DNA from: Sedimentisphaerales bacterium
Lineage (GTDB): Bacteria; Planctomycetota; Phycisphaerae; Sedimentisphaerales; SM23-30
NCBI GenBank assembly: GCA_963663965.2
Contig: CAXXFK010000013.1
Span: 181,469 to 245,468 of the forward strand
Direction of reading: 5' to 3'
Length of the DNA: 64,000 bases
Shown: one piece after another, positions 40,001 through 50,189 of the stretch
Position numbering within the stretch: position 1 is the stretch's first letter
Layout of the letters: every line of letters starts with the position of its first letter
The notes under the pieces: model-generated
Seen by the model: the letters and a program-made list of their open reading frames with translations, nothing else
Database searches by the model: none
What the model was told of the DNA's origin: nothing
Translations under genes and position numbers: made by a program

Positions 40001-40387
40001 TCCCATAACAATATTGTTAGGTCCCATGCGGTCGGAGACATCATCGCGGCCGAGGGTGGCCGTGTAGGTGAGGCGTTTGGGCTGGCCGCCCTGGGCCGGC
40101 ATGACATAGACTTCGGTATTGCCGTCGTATTGGGCGGTAAACGCGAGGGTTTCACCATCGGGAGAGAATCGGGCAAACATTTCGTAGCCGATATGGCTGG
40201 TCAATCTCCGGGCGACCCCGCCGTCTGACGGGACGGTATAGAGATCGCCAGCGTAAGAGAAGACGACCTGATCGTCATGGATGGCGGGAAAACGAAGCAG
40301 CCGGGCCTCATCGGCGAGCACTAATGATGTAAAAATCAATGAGAACAAAACCGAGGTCAAAGTCGTAAATTTCATGTGAAGCTCCAT
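37055..40387 (-). CDS. Tricorn-like S41 family peptidase (beta-propellers + PDZ), exported
   Basis: LLRFPAIH..VVFSYAGDL, WKRYRGG, GYIHVPDMG, IIDVRGNGGG, SASDGD, TWGGVVGI, GVEPDI. Confidence 0.93.
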   Translation of the reverse strand: MELHMKFTTLTSVLFSLIFTSLVLADEARLLRFPAIHDDQVVFSYAGDLYTVPSDGGVARRLTSHIGYEMFARFSPDGETLAFTAQYDGNTEVYVMPAQGGQPKRLTYTATLGRDDVSDRMGPNNIVMGWTPDGKSVVFRSRMTSFNSFKGSLYTVDLEGGLPVQLEVPVGGFCSFQGDRMAYNRVFREFRTWKRYRGGMADDIWIHDFNDHTTTNITNNPAQDIFPMWHDNTIYFISDRDNGRMNLFAYDLKKEKNRKLTDFQDFDIKFPSLGNDAIIFENGGWLYRVELPDGEPQKIDIEICEDLSIGRDKLINVDDQITNFDIAPDGKRALMGARGDVFTIPARNGEVRNLTGTPGVHERNSTWSPDGRWIAWISDATGEDEIYLTAQDGSGEPQQMTSEGDTYLFSLRWSPDSRKLLWSDRRMRLRYIDIEQKEIVEIDSTSTGAIRQYEWSPDSRWVVYVHPEWQAMNRLYLYNLEDGESFPVTDGWFDVKDPVFSRNGKYLLFTSNRDFNPIYSWTEWNHAYIDMEKVYLITLAADTPSPFAYESDETAVNTEATDKSTDKPAPKAEKKKKKTDTKKNTKNKKEPESKPVPADKTINVKIDREGIMARSVSLPIPPSAYGHIDCVEDTVYYTRNGYKDNQTLLFMFDLKEKKQTELGSVSSYTISANGKKMLLRNRGSFGIIDLPRGSAKIDNPLNLSGMTVYLDRQSEWRQIYDESWRQLREFFHVPNMHGVDWPGMRERYAPLVDFVNHRCDLTYVIGEMISELNCGHAYVNGGDYPQAPRIKLGLLGARISRDDTGYFQIDAILPGQNWDRPLRSPLTEIGVDVHEQDYIIAIDGVETNTVTNLYELLIDKAGRQVELTVNNKPRLRGSRKTIVKPIDDESELYYYQWVQTNIDTVSEATDGKVGYIHVPDMGVPGLNEFVKHFYPQLSKKALIIDVRGNGGGNVSPMLIERLRREIAMITYARNIDPTPNPGEMIVGPLVCLCDEYSASDGDLFTYRFKQHKLGPVIGKTTWGGVVGISGSLPFLDGGSLMKPEHSRYDIEGKNYIIEGVGVEPDIFVDNDPWQEYQGNDQQLDKAIEVILEKLKTEEVTLPPLPPYPVK

Positions 40388-40769
40388 AGATAAACGGTTA
40401 GTGAATGAAATATACCCATCGGGTAAGGAAATACCTGATCGCTCGCAAATTAAGTTTTTACTCGTAATAGACTTATTTCACGGCCAAGCGGGCATTATCA
40501 ATCGTTAATGGTATAAGATATGGCCATAGGGAGTATAATGGAATGATTCTGAGGTTTCCAGTAAAACCCAATGAAAAAATCAACGACGAAATATTACCAA
40601 GGGCCATGTTTGTATAAGTTTTGTAAAATTTTGTTAAAAAAGAAGATATAACGGTAAGAGTATTTGTTTGGCATTGAGGCATGAGGGGGCTGGACAGAGT
40701 TATTATTTTAGATTACATTGAATTGAATAGTAAAAAAAGTACAGCATGTAACATCGAGGAAATATCAAG

Positions 40770-42194
40770 ATGCAAAAAGTTAAAAACCTCTCACTGATAA
40801 TCCTATTAATGACAGTTTGCGGATTATGGGGACAGAATGAATCCGGGCCTTATTCCAGGCGTACCCCGATTGTCGAGGCGTTTGAACGCAACAAGGACGC
40901 GGTGGTGAGTATCACCAGCAAGACAGTGACGGAAGTGCGGGACAGTTTGTTCGATTTCTGGTCGATGGACAATTATCCTTTCAGCCGCAAGATGGTGGTG
41001 CCTTCGCTAGGGTCGGGATTTGTGATCAATCGCAAAGGGTATGTTATCACCAATAACCATGTGATTCAGGGCGCCGATGAGATTACGGTAAATATGGCCG
41101 ATGGCCAGAAGTATGGCGCGACGGTGGTGGCGACGAACAAGACCAGTGACCTGGCGGTGCTGAAGATTGACAGTGACAAGACCTTTCCGGCAGTGCAACT
41201 GGGTTATTCCGACGATTTGATGATCGGCGAGACAGTGCTGGCGATCGGTAATCCTTATGGATACCAGCATACGCTGACGGATGGGATTATCAGCGCGATC
41301 CATCGTGATTTGCAGATGAGTGACGATGTGGTGATGCCCGATCTGATCCAGATCTCCGCGCCGATCAACCCGGGTAATTCAGGCGGGCCGCTGTTGAATA
41401 TCAATGGGGAACTGATCGGGATCAATACCGCGATTCGCAAGGCGGCCCAGGGAATCGGCTTTGCCATTCCGGTGGACCGGCTACGTCAGAGTATGGGCGA
41501 TATGCTCAGTGTGGAGAAATTGAGGCGGATTGACCTGGGGATGACGGTATGTGATTGCAAGCGACGCAGCGATTATAAAGGGAAGGCGGTTGGTTTGTTT
41601 GTCGAAACCATCAAACAGGACAGCGGATCGGCGCGGGCGGGATTTCGCGTGGGTGACGTCATTACCGGGCTGTCGGGTTTGGATACCCTGACCGAGATTG
41701 ACTTTTATTTGAATCTGCTGGAGCGTCAGGAGAATGAGACCCTGGCTTTTGATGTGGATCGAAATGGTCAAAAGGTTCGACTCTCACTGGAATTGATTGT
41801 CAAGCCGAAGCCGGATGGCCAGGATCTGGCCCGCAAAATGTTTGGGTTTAATGTGATTCCGCTGACCGACCAGTTGAAGCGGAGCAAGGGATTGGCCGCG
41901 GGAGAGCGGGGTAATGTGCTGGTGAATATGGTGGATCGTGATTCGCCGGCGGACAACGCGGGAATTGAACAGGGTGATTTAATCGTCGCAATTAACGGAG
42001 AGCCGGTGAAAGATGTCGATCAGCTGGGATTACTCATGGAGCAGATCCAGCCCGATATGATGGTGAATGTGACCATTTATCGTACCCGAACGAGCCGGTT
42101 TGGGTATCAGATCTTCCAATATGACGCCAAGTTGCGGGCACGGGATCCAGAAAATCCGGCAGCGGGGGCGACTACGCCGCGATTTTCATTATGA
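40770..42194 (+). CDS. HtrA/DegP-family serine protease with two PDZ domains
   Basis: GSGFVI, TNNHVI, DLAVLK, INPGNSGGPL catalytic triad motifs; two PDZ-like C-terminal units. Confidence 0.93.
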   Translation: MQKVKNLSLIILLMTVCGLWGQNESGPYSRRTPIVEAFERNKDAVVSITSKTVTEVRDSLFDFWSMDNYPFSRKMVVPSLGSGFVINRKGYVITNNHVIQGADEITVNMADGQKYGATVVATNKTSDLAVLKIDSDKTFPAVQLGYSDDLMIGETVLAIGNPYGYQHTLTDGIISAIHRDLQMSDDVVMPDLIQISAPINPGNSGGPLLNINGELIGINTAIRKAAQGIGFAIPVDRLRQSMGDMLSVEKLRRIDLGMTVCDCKRRSDYKGKAVGLFVETIKQDSGSARAGFRVGDVITGLSGLDTLTEIDFYLNLLERQENETLAFDVDRNGQKVRLSLELIVKPKPDGQDLARKMFGFNVIPLTDQLKRSKGLAAGERGNVLVNMVDRDSPADNAGIEQGDLIVAINGEPVKDVDQLGLLMEQIQPDMMVNVTIYRTRTSRFGYQIFQYDAKLRARDPENPAAGATTPRFSL

Positions 42195-42206
42195 TGGTGT
42201 GTTGGA

Positions 42207-43943
42207 TCAAGGCTGATAGCCCCACCAGGCTGAGGCGAATTTTTCCAGATTGGCATAGTTATTCTGCCAGGTGGTGTACATGATACCCTCGATGCGCGGG
42301 ATGTCCGCCAGGGCGGATTGCCAGGCGCGATAATCGGTATGCACATCGTTGTCATAATAGGCGGCGAGCATCTGGGTGTGGCCTCGATTTGCGAAAAATT
42401 GCAGGCCCGGGCGGCAGATGGCGCCGGTGCCCCATTTCATAATGATAATATCCGGGGTCAGGCCTTCCCAGGAGTTAGCCAGGGTATTGTTGACGAGATA
42501 ATATTTGTCATGCGCGTTATGGTTGGGATCGAACATATCCGACCAGACAACGATAGGGCGACCGGGAGCTTCCTGTTTGATAATATCGGTGCAGGTCTGG
42601 ATGTTTTGGGCCAGGACTGCCCCGGTCGAGGGGAAATCGCGGATCTGGTCAGGCTCCCAGCCGGCGCAGCGGATTTCATCGTGTGACATGAAATAGATAT
42701 CGGGATGCAGCACCGCTTCGGTGCGTCGGATCTGTTCGCGACAGAGCTGGAATACTATGGGATCGCTCAGGCTGCAATTGACCTGGCCGGCGTAAACGAG
42801 GGTGGGATGATAGCCGGAGAAGCGGATGGTCTGGCCGTTTTGGATGCGGCTGTTGGCGGTCAGTTGGATCACCGGCGGATCGTGACGGGTTTCGTAGGAT
42901 CCGGGCCAGGGGGTCCGGCCCAGTTTTGGATCGCGGATGGGTTCGTAGTCCCTGCCTTCTTCGAAACGGGTTCCATCTTCACTTTCAAGAATTACCGGCA
43001 GTGAATCACGGCGCAGGATATTCAACAGCGGTACGGCTTCGATGCGCAAATCATCCCACCAGATTTTGCCTTTTTTACCGCCCCAGAGTCCTAAATAGAC
43101 ACGCGCCTGATTGTGATCCAGACTGTTAAATGTGACGCATTGTTCGGTCCAGTCCATGGTCAGATCGGTTGCGCGGTTAAAATGGTCAAAATTGTTACCG
43201 CCGGGTTTCTGGAGGAACTGCCATTGGAGGACCTGGTCATCGGCCATGACCAGAATCTTAACTTCATCAGCAGACAAATGTTCGGTTTTTAACCAGACCC
43301 GAATTCGGTATTGCTGAAAAGGCAAGACGGTAATCGTCTGGCAGATGCGGCCATGACCGTAGGCATTGAAATCGCCGACATTTTCAAAGCGTAACGAGGC
43401 CCGGCCATCTTTGGTTATGTTGGTATCGATAAATGAGCTTTTACCCGGGTCATCCTGGAATGCGTAATTCAGGGCAGTGTGATTTTGAAATGACTCAAAT
43501 GAGCCATTCATGATTCCAGCGCTCTGGACCGGTATCAATTGTCCGTTCCTGGCCTTCATAGGAGTTTGGCGGATGGGCATACCGCTGGCGAGATTGGCAT
43601 CATGCCAGAGCAGGGAACCGGCATACCCGAAGGGAAATACACAGACAGCCAGTTGCATATCGAGTTGGCGGGTGATGGCGCGGAGTTTTTGGGCATTTGC
43701 CTGCCAACGGGGCGCATCATCCAGTTGCCACCAGGTGAACATTTTGTAATCGGTGAAGAGCACGCCGTTGTATCCGGCCTGATGGGCCCGCTGGAGCAGT
43801 TGATCCAGTTTGGGTATGTTTTCATTGACGTAAAGGTTGCTGGAGATGTAGAGCCAGCGTTTATCCCATTGTCTGGATTGGTCGGTCTGGGCGTGGACGA
43901 CCGCTGCTGATAATAGGATCAGCCCCAATATCCATTTTTTCAT
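42207..43943 (-). CDS. Secreted putative glycoside hydrolase (GH20-like TIM barrel) with inserted carbohydrate-binding-like module
   Basis: Signal peptide; AGYNGV; 'FMSHDEIR'; 'VWSDMFDPNHN'; 'YTTW'; insert from NGSFE to IWWDDL resembles a CBM4/9; overlaps the sulfatase stop (ATGA). Confidence 0.55.
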   Translation of the reverse strand: MKKWILGLILLSAAVVHAQTDQSRQWDKRWLYISSNLYVNENIPKLDQLLQRAHQAGYNGVLFTDYKMFTWWQLDDAPRWQANAQKLRAITRQLDMQLAVCVFPFGYAGSLLWHDANLASGMPIRQTPMKARNGQLIPVQSAGIMNGSFESFQNHTALNYAFQDDPGKSSFIDTNITKDGRASLRFENVGDFNAYGHGRICQTITVLPFQQYRIRVWLKTEHLSADEVKILVMADDQVLQWQFLQKPGGNNFDHFNRATDLTMDWTEQCVTFNSLDHNQARVYLGLWGGKKGKIWWDDLRIEAVPLLNILRRDSLPVILESEDGTRFEEGRDYEPIRDPKLGRTPWPGSYETRHDPPVIQLTANSRIQNGQTIRFSGYHPTLVYAGQVNCSLSDPIVFQLCREQIRRTEAVLHPDIYFMSHDEIRCAGWEPDQIRDFPSTGAVLAQNIQTCTDIIKQEAPGRPIVVWSDMFDPNHNAHDKYYLVNNTLANSWEGLTPDIIIMKWGTGAICRPGLQFFANRGHTQMLAAYYDNDVHTDYRAWQSALADIPRIEGIMYTTWQNNYANLEKFASAWWGYQP

Positions 43944-45541
43944 GTTTTATCCTTGTAATCCACCTGCCAGGTATCGGCCCAGGCATACCAGATCGTTTTC
44001 AGTTCATTCAGTTTATCGGGTAAGCTGTCGGCAAGGTTATGCAATTCGGTACGGTCGTTTTTCAGATCATAGAGTTGCCAGCCGGATTTGGCGTTGGCAT
44101 AGACGATTTTCCAGTCCTCTTTACGGAGGGCGCGCTTGCCGATATGTTCCCAGACCAGATAGGGGTGTTGGTCGCGTCTTTGGCGTTTCAATGCGGGGAT
44201 CAGGCTGATCCCTGGGGTTGCGATGACTGGTTTGTCGTTGAAGTTAGTTGGATAAGAGATGCCGGCTACTTCACAGCAGGTGGCCATGATATCGATAACG
44301 TGGCCGATTTCGCTGGTGGTCGTACCAGGCTGAGCGATCTGGCCGGGCCAGTGGGCAATAAAGGGAGTGGCACAGCCGCCTTCGTGGGTCCAGGATTTGA
44401 ATTTGACAAAGGGGGTATTGCCGGCGTTGGCCCAGCTCAGGCCGTAACTGGTGAACGAATCGACAGTGCCGATCGGTCCGCCTTTGCCATTGCGCCAGTC
44501 GGAACCCAATGGGCCGCTTTCGGCGCAGGCGCCGTTGTCGCTGAGGAACATGATTAAGGTATTATCGAATTGGCCGATCTCCTTGAGCCTGGTAAGTATT
44601 CGGCCGATGTTGCGGTCCATACAGTGGACCTGGGCGGCGTAAACGGCCATTTTCAGGTCCATTTCATCTTTTTGGGAGTCGGTTAATTGATCCCAGCCAG
44701 CCGTATTTTCATCCAGAGGGCTGAGTTTAAGAGGTTTGCCAAACAGATTCATTTGAGTCTGGCGGGCATGGCGGTTTTTTCGCAGTTTTTCCCAGCCATC
44801 ACGATATTTGCCCCGGTATTTAGCAATGTCTTCGGGCAAGGCATGCAGCGGCCAGTGTGGGGCGTTATAGGCCATATACATGAAAAATGGTTGACTGGCA
44901 TATTGACTGGAATGTTCATCCAGATAAGCAATCGCGTGATCGGTAAAGGCATTGGTGGTATAAAAACCGCCGCCTTTTGGGGTCAGGCGTTCGTGATCGT
45001 TGACGAAAATACGATCGACATTATCCGCTTTGCCTTTGGTAATATCGAAATAATTCATCGCGCCGCTGACCAGACCGTAATGGTGATCAAAGCCACGATT
45101 AATGGGCCAGGCGAATTCCTGTTCGCCCCAGTGGGCCTTACCGGACATATAAGTACGGTAACCCGCTGACTTGAGGGCTTCGGCAATCGTCACGCAGCGG
45201 TCATTCAGATGGCCCAGATAAGCCGGGGTCGGGCCTTTATTGACCATGCCGCCGACTCCGGCCTGATGCGGGAACAGGCCGGTCATCAGGCTGGCCCGGG
45301 TCGGGCAGCAGCGGGCACAATTATAAAACTGGGTGAATCGCAATCCGTCGGCCGCCAGGGAATTCAGGTTGGGGGTGTCGATCTCGCCGCCGAAACAGCC
45401 GATATCGGAATAGCCCATATCATCGGCCATAATCAGCAGGATATTGGGCCTTGAGGTGGTTTGTTGGCGGGCGTTCGCACAGCCAATGGCGGTACCGAGC
45501 AATCCGGTGCCGGCAATTTTCAGAAAGTCGCGTCGTTTCAT
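43940..45541 (-). CDS. Tat-exported arylsulfatase
   Basis: MKRRDFLK; PNILLIMADDMGYSD; CCPTRAS; APHWPLHA; LSDNG. Confidence 0.92.
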   Translation of the reverse strand: MKRRDFLKIAGTGLLGTAIGCANARQQTTSRPNILLIMADDMGYSDIGCFGGEIDTPNLNSLAADGLRFTQFYNCARCCPTRASLMTGLFPHQAGVGGMVNKGPTPAYLGHLNDRCVTIAEALKSAGYRTYMSGKAHWGEQEFAWPINRGFDHHYGLVSGAMNYFDITKGKADNVDRIFVNDHERLTPKGGGFYTTNAFTDHAIAYLDEHSSQYASQPFFMYMAYNAPHWPLHALPEDIAKYRGKYRDGWEKLRKNRHARQTQMNLFGKPLKLSPLDENTAGWDQLTDSQKDEMDLKMAVYAAQVHCMDRNIGRILTRLKEIGQFDNTLIMFLSDNGACAESGPLGSDWRNGKGGPIGTVDSFTSYGLSWANAGNTPFVKFKSWTHEGGCATPFIAHWPGQIAQPGTTTSEIGHVIDIMATCCEVAGISYPTNFNDKPVIATPGISLIPALKRQRRDQHPYLVWEHIGKRALRKEDWKIVYANAKSGWQLYDLKNDRTELHNLADSLPDKLNELKTIWYAWADTWQVDYKDKT

Positions 45542-45752
45542 GGTATTTTATCCATCCGTATTCAGGTCGTCATATTTAAGGTCTATGTCTAAGCATTATA
45601 ACGATACAATTATGAGGATCTATTGCACTGAACTGTTGAGAGTCCCACGATTGGTTATAGACAAATGGTAGCGATAGAGAAATAGATTTTGCATTTATTG
45701 TTCAAATTCGGTAAATTAGATGTGTCAATTCATTTTTGCATGGGAACTGACT

Positions 45753-46517
45753 ATGAATAAAACATTGACTATCGCCGGCCCAAAGTTGTGCCGGAATGGA
45801 TTTACCTTAATTGAGTTACTGGTAGTGGTGAGTATTATCGCTCTATTGGTGGCCATTCTGATGCCGGCTTTGGGAAAGGCCCGCAAGCAGGCCCGGGCGG
45901 CGGTTTGTCTGTCGAATCTGAAGCAGATCGGTCTGGTGATGGCCATGTATCATGATGACAACGAGGATTATGTGCCGCGCGATATCGATCTGGGCGCCTG
46001 GTTTCTGCTTTTTATGCCGTATCTGGGCGAACATAAGCCCGATGTGAATGACTATCGTGAGGTCGAAATTTATAATTGCCCGGATTTTCCCAGGTCGGGA
46101 ACTGGCATGAGCAACGCGTCCGGCGGCTATCCGGGAGGGGTTCCCAACAGTTTACAGACAGTGGATTATGTGATCAACAGCTGGTTGCGGGATGGGGTAT
46201 CAACCCGTGGGCCGACAAAAATTCAAGAGTTTAAACGACCCTCTGAAAAGATTTATCTGGCGGACAATGAGGCGGGCATCTGGCGTCCGGTTATTTTTGA
46301 CCATGTCCAGCTCAGCACCAGCACATATGCAATTCTGGATGTCTGGCAGTCATCCCACCTGTCCAGTGGGCGGACCGGGACCCATCAAAATGATACGCAT
46401 GCCCGCCGGGCGGCTGCGGCGCGCCATCGAGAGGGGGCCAATCATCTTTTTGTGGATGGGCATGCCGATTATATGGATGCCGACGTGGTACCGTATACGA
46501 TGTGGGGGCCGAAATAA
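45753..46517 (+). CDS. Prepilin-type N-terminal cleavage/methylation protein with H-X9-DG C-terminal motif (DUF1559-like)
   Basis: [55 protein letters not shown] at 45753 preferred over 45720. Confidence 0.9.
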   Translation: MNKTLTIAGPKLCRNGFTLIELLVVVSIIALLVAILMPALGKARKQARAAVCLSNLKQIGLVMAMYHDDNEDYVPRDIDLGAWFLLFMPYLGEHKPDVNDYREVEIYNCPDFPRSGTGMSNASGGYPGGVPNSLQTVDYVINSWLRDGVSTRGPTKIQEFKRPSEKIYLADNEAGIWRPVIFDHVQLSTSTYAILDVWQSSHLSSGRTGTHQNDTHARRAAAARHREGANHLFVDGHADYMDADVVPYTMWGPK

Positions 46518-46546
46518 GGTGATTTGAGAATATCAGCTGTTTATTT

Positions 46547-46945
46547 ATGGAGAGATCTATGGCGAAAATAATCCACAAAAAAAGGCGCAGCTGGGATGGC
46601 GGTCATTCCATCCAGCAATTGAAGCGTAAGATTATCCGGGATCATGAAGATATCCTGCAAAATATTGAGTTTGTTCTGGTGAATACCTGGCGGGGTAATC
46701 CTCAGATAGACGATCACGATGTCGCAGAAGCGCTGCGTGCGGCTCTTGCCGGGCGCACTTCTATTGGTGAATTCAGTGACATGCTACTTGAGGGTTTACT
46801 TGAAGCGAGGAGTATCAGAATGGATATCCCCGATGATATCTGGCGGGCGGCCCTGGACCGTGTGCTGGATTCAGTTAAGCTGCATTCGCAACTGACAGCG
46901 GGCGAACGGAGTTACTTGTTATTTATTGATCCGTTTATCAAGTGA
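46547..46945 (+). CDS. Hypothetical protein
   Basis: 132-aa ORF co-oriented with the upstream gene; GGAG precedes the second ATG (46559). Confidence 0.6.
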   Translation: MERSMAKIIHKKRRSWDGGHSIQQLKRKIIRDHEDILQNIEFVLVNTWRGNPQIDDHDVAEALRAALAGRTSIGEFSDMLLEGLLEARSIRMDIPDDIWRAALDRVLDSVKLHSQLTAGERSYLLFIDPFIK

Positions 46946-46946
46946 C

Positions 46947-48278
46947 TTATGTCTGGGCGAATTGTTTTTCGATCATGATCCGCAGGATAGTCTGGTCGGT
47001 TTCGATCATGCCCTGGGTGCTGATGGCGCCCATGTTGCGCATGGTCTGTTCGGGGGTCAGGGCGACAATACCGTCGGAATCTTTGACGTTGATTCCATGC
47101 AGGGAGTAGAGCGCGGACATGACCGCCGTGCCGGCGGCGGTGGCCAGTTTAAGAGAACAACCGGCCTTGGCGCCATCGCAGATGACCCCGGCCAGATCGC
47201 TGATCAGGTTTTTAATGGCTCCGGCGATATGGTAGAGATTGCCACCCATCAGGCAGGCAATCCCGGCGGCGGCCCCGGCACCGGCGGCAATGGAGCAACC
47301 GCAGACGGCGGAGAGCCGTCCGGTATGGGCTTTGATATACCCGGTGACAATATGGCTGAGGGCAATGGCTTTCAGGACATCTTTTTCGTTGAGGTCGTTG
47401 AGGTAATCGCGTACTGCCCAGACCGGTAAAACAGCGGTTAAACCGTGGTTGCCGCTGCCGGCAGAACTCATGGCAGGTAACTTGGCTCCGGCCATGCGGG
47501 CGTCACAGGCGGCTGAAGTCAGCATACGGGCGGCCAGGACCATGTCTTTTTTGATCAGCCCTTCGCGCGTGAGTCGTTCCAGTGTCTTGCCAATGCCTAA
47601 ACCACTGCCGAACGCCAGACCGTGGCGCGCCAGTTCCAGATTGTACTCAACGCCGCGCATGACGAATTCATAGTCTTCCTCATCCATGTTTTCCACTAGA
47701 GCGAGCAACTCTTCGAGAGAAAGATGGGAGAGGTAATCTTCGAGTTTTCCTATCGTGCATTGATCGTGATCGGTTTTGGCCAGGAGCGGATGGGATTGAA
47801 CCGGTTGGTCATTGAGTTTGAGGCCAATCAAATTGTCGTGGGTGCCTTCAATTTCCGCTTCGGCTGTTTCACCATTAACCGATAAGCCGGCCTTGATATA
47901 GATACCGGTTTTTTCGCGTAATAAATGGACGGCGATTTTCTGGTCTTTGATCAACTGGCGGGCGGCACAGAGCGCCTCATTGGTGGTGGGCGCCAGCACT
48001 TCCAGTTTGCGGGTGGGATCGCCGCAGCAATAACCCAGAGCGCCGGCCAGATCAATACCGGTTTCACCGGCGGTGCCGGGGATGGCGACGGCAAAGGCGT
48101 TTTTATAGATATTCGGGCTGAGCCAGAGATCCATTTTGTCCAGTTTGTCGGGTGATTTATTACTTAGCAGGGTGCCGGCGGCGGCAGTGCAAAGCGCTAC
48201 CGCGGCAGGTTCGGTACAACCGAGCGCCGGCGCTACTTCGATTTTAAGGATATCTTTAATGGAATATTGTTGTGTCAT
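46947..48278 (-). CDS. UPF0597/YhaM (CyuA) family, putative L-cysteine desulfidase
   Basis: PALGCTEPAAVA, DARMAG, SSAGSGNHG, SAVCGC, CDGAKAGCSLK. Confidence 0.85.
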   Translation of the reverse strand: MTQQYSIKDILKIEVAPALGCTEPAAVALCTAAAGTLLSNKSPDKLDKMDLWLSPNIYKNAFAVAIPGTAGETGIDLAGALGYCCGDPTRKLEVLAPTTNEALCAARQLIKDQKIAVHLLREKTGIYIKAGLSVNGETAEAEIEGTHDNLIGLKLNDQPVQSHPLLAKTDHDQCTIGKLEDYLSHLSLEELLALVENMDEEDYEFVMRGVEYNLELARHGLAFGSGLGIGKTLERLTREGLIKKDMVLAARMLTSAACDARMAGAKLPAMSSAGSGNHGLTAVLPVWAVRDYLNDLNEKDVLKAIALSHIVTGYIKAHTGRLSAVCGCSIAAGAGAAAGIACLMGGNLYHIAGAIKNLISDLAGVICDGAKAGCSLKLATAAGTAVMSALYSLHGINVKDSDGIVALTPEQTMRNMGAISTQGMIETDQTILRIMIEKQFAQT

Positions 48279-48545
48279 AGTCGTGTTTCACTGATGAGGA
48301 TGCTGTCTAGTTTGGGATAACGGCCAGGCAAAAAAGCTATAATAAAAGATTATTCTGGATTTGACAATAGCCGGCATTAAATGAGAGAAAGAATAATATA
48401 TAACATACTGTTATTAAGTTAGTTATATTTTTTTTAATCCGCCGGTGTCAAGAGTTGAAAGACTCAAACGTTTTCAATTTATCTGAATTGATCGATTTTG
48501 AAGGGTCTTGACAGTTTATGGGGTACACTGGATGATATTAAACCT

Positions 48546-49115
48546 ATGAGGCGTACCAATCAATTCATTTTGATTATAACATTCCTGGGTTGCTGCTGGC
48601 TGGGAATACAGATTGTGCATGAAACCGGTCATATTCTGGGAGCGTGGCTGACCGGGGGGGAGGTTAATCGGATTGTGCTTTGTCCATGGGCGTTTTCGCG
48701 AACAGATGTTGAGCCGAATCCTCATCCGTTGATTGTGGTGTGGTCTGGGCCGGTCATTGGTTGTGTGTTGCCTGTGATTATCTACCTGATCGTAAGATTT
48801 TTGAAATGGCCCGGCTGGTATCTCTATCGTTTTTTTGCGGGTTTCTGTCTGATAGCCAATGGGTTATATATCTCAGTTGGGGCGTTTGAGAAACTGGCCG
48901 ATGCGGGAGATATGCTTCGCTATGGTTCGCCGGTCTGGTTTCTGATATTATTCGGGGGGCTTACGGTTCCAATGGGCTTTGTTATGTGGAATGGATTGGG
49001 CCGTCATTTTGGATTGGGGGATGCCGGTGGTGACGTATCCAAAACCGCGGCGCGGGTTTCGCTGATCCTGTTTTTGATAATCCTGATTTCAGAACTGGTT
49101 TTATCGACGGTGTAA
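48546..49115 (+). CDS. M50-like (HExxH) membrane metallopeptidase
   Basis: Multi-TM protein with 'IVHETGHILGAWLTGG', 'WSGP' and 'AGD'; ATG 48546. Confidence 0.6.
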   Translation: MRRTNQFILIITFLGCCWLGIQIVHETGHILGAWLTGGEVNRIVLCPWAFSRTDVEPNPHPLIVVWSGPVIGCVLPVIIYLIVRFLKWPGWYLYRFFAGFCLIANGLYISVGAFEKLADAGDMLRYGSPVWFLILFGGLTVPMGFVMWNGLGRHFGLGDAGGDVSKTAARVSLILFLIILISELVLSTV

Positions 49116-49361
49116 TCTTGTGATGATCAGGATGGTCCGGGTGGTATTTGTTTGATTTAATTATTCGGTATTAATTAAAATAAGATGTTAAATGACAGTT
49201 GGTTATGTGTTTAATTGTGCTTGTGTGGGGATGTTTAAATTTGATGGGAGATCCTATTTTTCTGAATCAAGGTTCAATTTTGGGGAACAATTGGTTTTCT
49301 GGCCGGTATAACTGGGTAGAAATTTACATTCAGACCTCATAAAGGATGAAGCGAATTAATA

Positions 49362-49901
49362 ATGCTGGATGATGAAAAGGTAATTGATCTGGTACTGACC
49401 GGCGATATCGAACAGTATCGATTGCTGGTTGAGCGTTATCAGCAGCCGGTGATGCGGATAGCTAATGGCATTACCGGCAATCATCATCTGAGTGAAGAAA
49501 TTGCTCAGGAGGTGTTTCTGATCGCCTTTCGCAAGCTTGACGATTTCGACAGCGCCATCAGTCAATTTTCAACCTGGCTATTTACGATTGCCCGGAATCG
49601 AAGCATTAATGTATTGCGTAAAAAAAGTCCGGCCACCGGACAGGATTTGCCGGAAAGGACTTCGAACAATGGGCCAGGAGCTGGGCTGGAAGAAAGAGAG
49701 TTGTTTGCCGAACTGGACCGGGCGCTGGCGCGATTGCCTGAAGAGCAGAAGATTGTCTTTGTACTGGCTGAACTGGAGGGTTTGAGTTATCGGGAGATCG
49801 CAGGAATAGAAGGGGTGACTATTGGTACGATTAAATCGCGACTTAACCGGGCCCGGGCCAAACTGTCCGCGGCCCTCAAAAGCAGACTGGAGATGACCTG
49901 A
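49362..49901 (+). CDS. ECF-type RNA polymerase sigma factor
   Basis: EEIAQEVF, FSTWLFTIARN (region 2); LSYREIA...GTIKSRLNRAR (region 4). Confidence 0.93.
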   Translation: MLDDEKVIDLVLTGDIEQYRLLVERYQQPVMRIANGITGNHHLSEEIAQEVFLIAFRKLDDFDSAISQFSTWLFTIARNRSINVLRKKSPATGQDLPERTSNNGPGAGLEERELFAELDRALARLPEEQKIVFVLAELEGLSYREIAGIEGVTIGTIKSRLNRARAKLSAALKSRLEMT

Positions 49902-49902
49902 T

Positions 49903-50175
49903 ATGGAAGATAAAATATATCAAAAATGGATAGAAAATAAAAAGCAGATCGAACTGTCCGGTGAGTTTGCCGATAAAACCATGCTGGAAGTGGCTCGTAT
50001 CGCCGCCCAGAAACAGAAGAGAATTTTGCCCTGGTCCTCGCGATTTTCCTCATTATCCATCGGTGCGATCGCCCGGCTGGGATTAGTCGGGGCGGGCATG
50101 ATTGGCGGTTTGATCCGGATCTTGATTGTTCTGAGATTGTTATTTGGCTGTTCTCAAGCCAAGGGATTTTTTTGA
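49903..50175 (+). CDS. Small membrane protein, putative anti-sigma factor
   Basis: 90 aa, 1 bp after the sigma gene; 'FADKTM..V' N-terminal motif and C-terminal hydrophobic helix. Confidence 0.55.
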   Translation: MEDKIYQKWIENKKQIELSGEFADKTMLEVARIAAQKQKRILPWSSRFSSLSIGAIARLGLVGAGMIGGLIRILIVLRLLFGCSQAKGFF

Positions 50176-50189
50176 TAAGGTGAATTACC

